The notes below the pieces were generated by a model. The model was not told where the DNA came from and did no database searches. It was given only the letters and a program-made list of their open reading frames with translations. DNA of 64,000 nt from Marsupella aquatica (Eukaryota; Plantae; Marchantiophyta), in NCBI GenBank assembly GCA_973895155.1, contig OZ316895.1:1909659-1973658 (forward strand), written 5' to 3'. The position numbers were made by a program, and so were the translations under genes. Numbering within the stretch: the stretch's first letter is position 1; the number at the start of each line of letters is the position of its first letter. This document shows positions 63,428-64,000 of this stretch, piece by piece.

Positions 63428-64000
63428 TCAGTACCAGATGCTGTTAGGATATTAGAGAAATGAAAAGCTTAAGCTCGCAATAAGGTTATGGATCATTTTT
63501 GAACAGCCTCAAGAGCTTGCATATACAGCAGCACTTAGACCCACAATTCATCAGTAAAGTCGCAGACGCCACTTTCTATCCCTCGTTTTAAGGTCCGTCT
63601 GTTGTCCACCATGCCGTTCTAGAGGAACACCTTAAGTGCAGGTAACAAAGAATTAAGTAATCCCAGATGACTTAGAGAGAACTACACCACCAGATGGGTA
63701 GCTAGATCTAAGTAGAGCTGCAAGAATGGGGTTTTCCGGACATCCACAACCACAAAAATTAACCATCCAACATGTTGCTATGTTAGGTGGAGTATATGAT
63801 CCACTAAGTTGTGGTCTAACGATAGTTAATTGAACTGGCTCGGAGCCTTCCCTGCTGAATCTTCGCCTTGAAGACCAACCCGAATGAGACAAAACTGAGG
63901 CTACATTTGTAATGGCTTTCCAGAGGGCGAGACCTCACAGTCATTGGTACAGTTCAATGAGAGAACCACCATTAAAGGCTGGCCAAACTTTGACATATTA

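Overview
Mostly land-plant nuclear DNA with GT-AG intron genes (bryophyte/liverwort-like is my inference). It is preceded by about 1.2 kb of GC-rich bacterial sequence (a PL1 pectate lyase 5' end and a truncated IS1380-type transposase) joined abruptly at about 1207. Host genes: a multi-exon AMBRA1-like WD40 gene (+), a Ser/Pro-rich protein starting MGQC (+), two tandem intronless secreted alpha/beta-hydrolases (+), ARMC6 (-), and the 3' exons of the SufS-type cysteine desulfurase NFS2 (-). The main discovery is a 17.7-kb DNA transposon (26862-44522) bounded by CCCTGGGCCC terminal inverted repeats (TIRs), a 22-bp subterminal inverted repeat and a perfect 8-bp target-site duplication (TSD, TACAAAAC). 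It encodes two DUF7869/Sola-like DDD transposases; one appears nested inside the other, whose N-terminus has three Tnp1/En-Spm-like domains. Divergently, it carries a decayed cargo gene reading as ParB/Srx-like domain, then beta-class N4/N6 DNA-methyltransferase-like domain, then FCP1/HAD phosphatase-like domain. Each module has its own family of palindromic repeats. A 4-kb non-autonomous relative with the same termini and an 8-bp TSD lies at 15605-19649. All domain calls are by eye from motifs; no database searches were run.
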